Source: Trichosphaerium sp. ATCC 40318
Lineage: Eukaryota; Protista; Tubulinea
Direction of reading: 5' to 3'
DNA length: 64,000 bases
NCBI GenBank assembly: GCA_038496445.1
Contig: JALMLS010000173.1
Location: forward strand, 80,822 to 144,821
Made by a program: the position numbers and the translations under genes. Positions 59,097 through 64,000 of the stretch are shown here, one piece after another; within the stretch, counting starts at the first letter, position 1, and each line of letters starts with the position of its first letter. The notes under the pieces were generated by a model that did no database searches, was not told the DNA's origin, and was given only the letters and a program-made list of their open reading frames with translations.

Positions 59097-60254
59097 CTAC
59101 AAATGTATTGGCACTAAAGTACCCAACTCAAAGAATATGAGACTTTTTAAATAATGCAAAGAGCTACGTCTGATCATGCCACACTGTCCAAGTTTAAAGT
59201 ACTCTAGGTTAACCAAATGCTTAAACCCTGAGCCCTTAATCCTTTTACTTGATAATGAGAGGTATTTGAGATGATTCAAGTACTTGAAGCCTGAGTCTTT
59301 TACTTTAAAGCAGTATTGAAGGCTGAGGTGATCAATATTTCCCATGAAGCTCAAACTTATGTTTTTGATCTGTTTACATCTCTCAAGTTTGACATGTTTA
59401 AGTTTAACCAAATCCACAAAACTCGAGCCTGTAACTTTGTTACAATCAATGAGTGTTAATCGCTTAAGATTGACCATAAACTTCAAACCAGAATCAGTAA
59501 TGTCAGACTTCCAAAGTTCTAGTCGCTCAAGATTGTAAAGGTGCATCAAGCTATTGTCCGTTATATCACAGTACTCTACTTTAGGTACTTGGTAGTTTCC
59601 GCAGATATGATTGTATCCTCATTAATACGTGTAGGATAAAATTGTGAGCTTTGCACGTGAATTGTGTGTACATTACCAAGGTGTTTAAGCCAATGATTGT
59701 TTATCCCAGAGAAAGCAATTTTGTGTACACCACTCAGAGCCTCTATTCCTTTAGCTGTGATATTCTTACACTGCATCTGTGATATCTGTGCCACGCAAGT
59801 TTATAGTATGTACTGATTTCAAAGCTTGTATTGAAGCATCCGTTATTAATGTGTTTACCAAGCTAATACTATGGATACTGTGGCCCTTCTGTGAGTACAA
59901 TGATATCTTCATCGTCTGTTAAAGTGTTATCCATTTGTATAGTGTGAACACCACGAAGACAAGCCATATCACTCTCAGAGAGAATTTGTATCTTGGAAGT
60001 GTAAGCACTTTTGTGGCCAAAGATAATCTTGGTGTTTTTAAGCAAAGGACTTCCTTTGAGAACACTGCAATCTGCAATCTTGGTATATTAATGGTATAAA
60101 ATCCAATATTACAGCGAATGATGGTATTAAACACGTGAGAAACTGTAGTAGTGCTAATACGGTGTCTTCGTCCTAAATAGCTTAGAACATACGTCAATAT
60201 CTCCGTTGGTAGGTCAAGGAGCAAATTAATATCTGATTGGGTTTGCTTGGCCAT
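59097..60254 (-). pseudogene. frameshifted F-box + leucine-rich repeat protein, intronless
   Basis: F-box LLDLPTEILTYVLSYL; LRR units (L..VHTI.L...ITD; LVNL..L.L..C..I.DSG) split over three ORFs. Confidence 0.78.
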
Positions 60255-60719
60255 CAGCAACAGTATTGGGTAAGAATGCTAGGAATTTAAGATATATCCA
60301 AGAAATATTAAGTGAAATTTCTATTTACTCTTTGACACGTGGTACTTATTGTCCGTTGCAAGCAAGTTTGCAGATGAGAAATTAGTTTACTAATCTAGAC
60401 TGATGTTATATGAGATGTTCTACACTTTTCTTGTAAAGCAAATATACGATAGTAGTACCACTATGATCAATGGTAAAAATACACATGTCAATAGCATTGA
60501 GCCAAAAGTACTTAGAATGGCACATTTTTATGCTGCAAAAATGGCCAGAACAGCCCTTTTATCTGATAAAAGAGCTCAACGCAACGAATTTAGGTCGCTC
60601 GTTTGTCAAGTAATTCTGATACAAATAACCTTTTCTGAGCTTAATTATTTCCACAGAGATGTAACAGTGAAACAAATATTGTCTGTTTCATTCAAGTGTT
60701 GAGACAGACTGACTTTTAG

Positions 60720-60890
60720 CATGCTAAAAAATCCAGTTTCTGCCTGATCTGTCAGATCTGACGGATTTGACTTCTGACAGATCTTCCAAATTGTCATTTT
60801 TTAAACGTGAGCTACCCTCATGCCTGTCGAGTGAATCCAACCATTTCAAACCCACGTGATTTAACAAAAATTTTATTTACATATTTGACG
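60720..60890 (+). repeat. dispersed non-coding repeat, copy 2 (related to 1575-1705)
   Basis: Shares blocks with the reverse complement of 1575-1705; internal TCTGTCAGATCTGAC near-palindromes. Confidence 0.6.
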
Positions 60891-61508
60891 CCTGGCGGCG
60901 TTTACAAAGCCTACAGCAACGCTGGTGCTGTTTTGGGAAGTTTTAACGTTATTACATTGCCTTGCTATTTGGATGCTACCATAGCACTTTTGTTAGCGTG
61001 GGGTAGGCGCTAGCGTAGCGCTACTAGTAAGTTATACACGTACGTTGATTTTTTGAAGCAAAACATAAAGCAAACAGTGTTTGAGGCATTCATACAGTGT
61101 TTGGCGGTAATACGATAGCTTTGTAGGACATCATACCTTTTTAATTCGCTTTTAGCGCATTGAACACTTCTGTGGTTTGATCGTACCGTGTACAGTTTGC
61201 GTAGGTAAAATGCTGCGATCATCTTCCATGGTCTATTGAAACTTACTTTGAAAATTGTGCTGTCGCTTGCCGTAAGGTGCCAAAGTCATACAATGAAGAA
61301 CAACATTGTAACACAAATAGTTCACATTGTGATAGATCTACACCATTTGACAGAAGTGTCAGATCTTGCTAGATCTGCTAAAAGTGCTAAAAACTCACTT
61401 TCTAGAAAATATTAGAAAGACTTAGAGCCCCAGTTTGAAAAAAAAGTGAAGGCAAAAGTGCCAAAACTCGTGATTTATTTGAAACTACTAAAGTTCTGAG
61501 TTAGAAAG

Positions 61509-62035
61509 TCACTCTACATTCATATTTGACCTTTGAGAAACTACAGCCTGAACAATATGTTGAAAAACTGCTTCAACATCTTCAGTGTTTGTAGCGCACG
61601 TGCGAAAATGTTTCATACCGCCATTAGCGGAACAAAACTTTTCAGCTTCATCTACACTCACTTGTTCTTCACCAGCTAGATCCGCTTTATTTCCAACAAC
61701 GCAGAACACCCTATTCTTCCCTCCTGCAGTGTCTAAAAACTGTTTTTTCCATTTTAGAATATTCTTGAATGTTTGGGTTCGTTGACGTTGTATACGATAA
61801 CGCAGGCGTCAGATCCTCCGTAAAAGGCGACAGAGAGGGAGGTGAAACGCTCTTGACCTGCTGTATCCCAGAATTGAGCTTTTATTTCTTTGTCACCACA
61901 AATAACTTTTTTATTATGAAAATCGGCACCGATCGTTGGTTTGTACTTGTCTTTGAAGGCGTGTTTGACGTATTGGTTTAATAAGCTTGTTTTACCGACT
62001 TCAGCGTCTCCAATTACCATAATTTTAGCTGTCAT
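61509..62035 (-). pseudogene. intronless Rab7-like GTPase with a 1-nt frameshift and no C-terminal Cys
   Basis: GDAEVGKT, TIGADF, WDTAGQERF and GNKAD; adding one A in CCC AAA CAT (~61773) restores PKTFKNILKWKKQF; ends NMNVE*. Confidence 0.8.
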
Positions 62036-62277
62036 GGCGTTTGCTTTGCCTGTAATGTTATTGAAAAATAAAGACCTTTGTTATTTGATGAAAAACTGTT
62101 CGTGCCACGTGGTAACAGCTTTCATGAAAAGAAATCAAATTTTGAATCAAAATAGCCATTTTGGTATGTTCCACCTCTATCCAACAAACAGACGGTCAAA
62201 GTTTAAGTACTAGAGCACGAGTGCTGAATTGTTTTCTAACTGTTACAATTAGGCAAATACAAAAGTAGTTCGAGTCC

Positions 62278-62775
62278 TCAATAGTCTCTTGAAGGAGAAT
62301 GCAACCTTGTAGTACAGTCATATTCTTTTTTCCGTAAGCCATTGACAAATATGTAATGTTTCTTTAACTGTCCATCTTTATACCAGTACTTGTATTCACC
62401 TTCAAGCTCATAATTGACATAAGTTAACTTCTCAAGCATTTGTCCATTGTTATACCACTTAATGCACTCTCCTTCAATAGCACCATCAACGTAACTATAT
62501 CTCTCATACAACTGACCGTTTCTATACCATTTTTTCCACACTCCATGACGCTGTCCATGATTCCAATAGGCTTGAAGTTCACAATAAGGTGGAGGATGGA
62601 TATAATTATAAAATTTCTTGAAGAAACGTATCTTCAACCATTTACCATGTTTGTTTAAGTCATTATCAAACCTTGTTGTCGAGGCTGTTTGTTTTGATAG
62701 AACTGACCATTTTACATAAACTTCAAAGTCTAAATCCATAATATCCAGCTGTAATTCAAGAGGCAGGTACAACAA
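62278..62775 (-). CDS. F-box-like + MORN-variant repeat protein, intronless
   Basis: LPLELQLDIM N-terminus; HGVWKKWYRNGQL, EGECIKWYNNGQM, EGEYKYWYKDGQL; the start codon is uncertain. Confidence 0.7.
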   Translation of the reverse strand: MLYLPLELQLDIMDLDFEVYVKWSVLSKQTASTTRFDNDLNKHGKWLKIRFFKKFYNYIHPPPYCELQAYWNHGQRHGVWKKWYRNGQLYERYSYVDGAIEGECIKWYNNGQMLEKLTYVNYELEGEYKYWYKDGQLKKHYIFVNGLRKKEYDCTTRLHSPSRDY

Positions 62776-63039
62776 GCGACAAATGTTCTGTGAGGGCTTG
62801 GTATTAGACTAAATAAAATAAATACATTACTATCCTATTGTGCTTACCCTTCAAGTCAAACCTTTAATAAATACTGCCAAGGCATTCGGTTTAAAACTAG
62901 TTTGGTCTATAAAACAAGCAACGCAACAGCATATTTATTTTACTGTTTGACTTGAAGGATACTCACAATAATACTTGAAAGCCTTATAACACGTACTGTG
63001 CGTTTTTTGGCCATTGTATTATTTAATTAAGTTGGGAAG

Positions 63040-63480
63040 AACAATCTTGACAATTTGTGTCGGAACTTTTATCTCATTGTATCCTACGTGATGGTGTATG
63101 ATATCCTGTAGTAATTGGTACGTCTTTGGCTGAATGTAGCATATGTGTCCCTTGTTTCAGACTATGAACTATTTTCGGTGTACAACATTGTCAGGTATTC
63201 AGAGCTAGATTATCTAAGCACTCCACTTTTAAAACAAAATTATTTACACTCTTATCAATAGTTTTTAAGGTTTGACGCTTGAGGACATAGTAGTCACACA
63301 TATTGTGAATAACCAACTTCATGTATGAAAAGTGTTGTTGGTGTAAAAACGATTGATTTTCACAAATGCAACAGAAGAATCCACTGCTAGCAAAGTAAAA
63401 TTGATAAGATGTACAATATTACAGAAAAAGGTATAAAGGCAGACGTGTGAAAGTATGTCTTTTACTAAAAACGGGATTTT
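63040..63480 (+). pseudogene. heavily decayed LRR gene remnant
   Basis: NITEKGIKA (~63415-63441) resembles NITAKGIEA of the 59097-60254 LRR gene; otherwise disrupted. Confidence 0.3.
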
Positions 63481-63534
63481 ACACTGAAAACAAATAGCAT
63501 ATTAAAGAACTGACAGATGTGCAGTACAACTTTG

Positions 63535-64000
63535 TTATTGTTGACTGTTTTTTTGTTTCTTTTGAGAGTATGCTTGTTTAGGGTTGGCCTTTCTTAAGGA
63601 CCAAGGTACAATTGCTTTCCTTAAAGCTGGAACATAGAAAACAACCAATAAGAAAATAATAATTACCTATGAAAAACAGAAAAAAGTAAGAAAAAGATAA
63701 AAGTGACAACTATCTACCGTACAAGAACAATGCCAACTGTGGTCCCTATAGCAATAGCGGCAACATTACTACTTACACATTCAGATGTTAATATTAAAAT
63801 ATCAAGGCTAGTTCCAGACGTTAATGGTAAAGCAGCAAAAAAATTGTTTTCTTAGTACCCAATATTTGATCTTTCTTGCAGAGTCTGAACACATTCATCA
63901 CTGACCACATCAACAGTTCCGTTTATACAAGGCGAATTGATAGCTTGTATTCTCTTATCAGAAGATGTATCAACATCTGTGACATCAACAACAAATGTAC
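63535..64000 (-). CDS. 3' end of a type I membrane protein (same tail family as 54777-57418), truncated by the window end
   Basis: TM AIAIGTTVGIVLV|VIIIFLLVVFYVPALRKAIVPW compared with IILLVIFFVPPIR..VLPY; GT-AG introns. Confidence 0.62.

Noticed and set aside
61765-61780. CCCAAAC as a programmed -1 frameshift in the Rab gene
   Set aside because: The heptamer is in the wrong phase (CCC AAA C rather than C CCA AAC); an indel is simpler.
1-64000. Alternative genetic code to explain the fragmented ORFs
   Set aside because: Fragmentation is explained by GT-AG introns; TAA and TGA both end well-supported genes.

Overview
AT-rich, intron-dense eukaryotic DNA with short GT-AG introns (donors often GTACGT) and the standard genetic code. 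The gene content resembles an amoeboid protist such as an amoebozoan; this is inference. The window holds the 3' end of one Ty3/Gypsy LTR retrotransposon (1-1269) and a complete, very compact, apparently young one (47444-52843; identical 98-bp LTRs, 4-bp TSD, -1 frameshift). Spliced host genes include a metallophosphoesterase, a G8 beta-helix protein, a beta-helix class C GPCR, an F-box-Ras fusion, a VIT-vWA protein, a CBM6 surface protein and several membrane proteins. There is also a head-to-head duplicated pair of intronless GH117/GH43-like glycosidases and a set of intronless, mostly decayed F-box-LRR, MORN-variant and Rab genes reminiscent of giant viruses. Two candidates stand out once exons are joined by hand. 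The first (24577-28523, minus) has a mitochondrial-type presequence, six ~75-aa Trp-rich repeats, a RAP/Vsr-like nuclease, a catalytically dead ATP-dependent ligase plus OB fold, and a PARP-type zinc finger. The second (43655-47091, plus) is a Reeler-domain protein fused through an internal signal peptide to an LPMO-like His-brace domain. All gene models and family calls were made by eye; no database searches were run.
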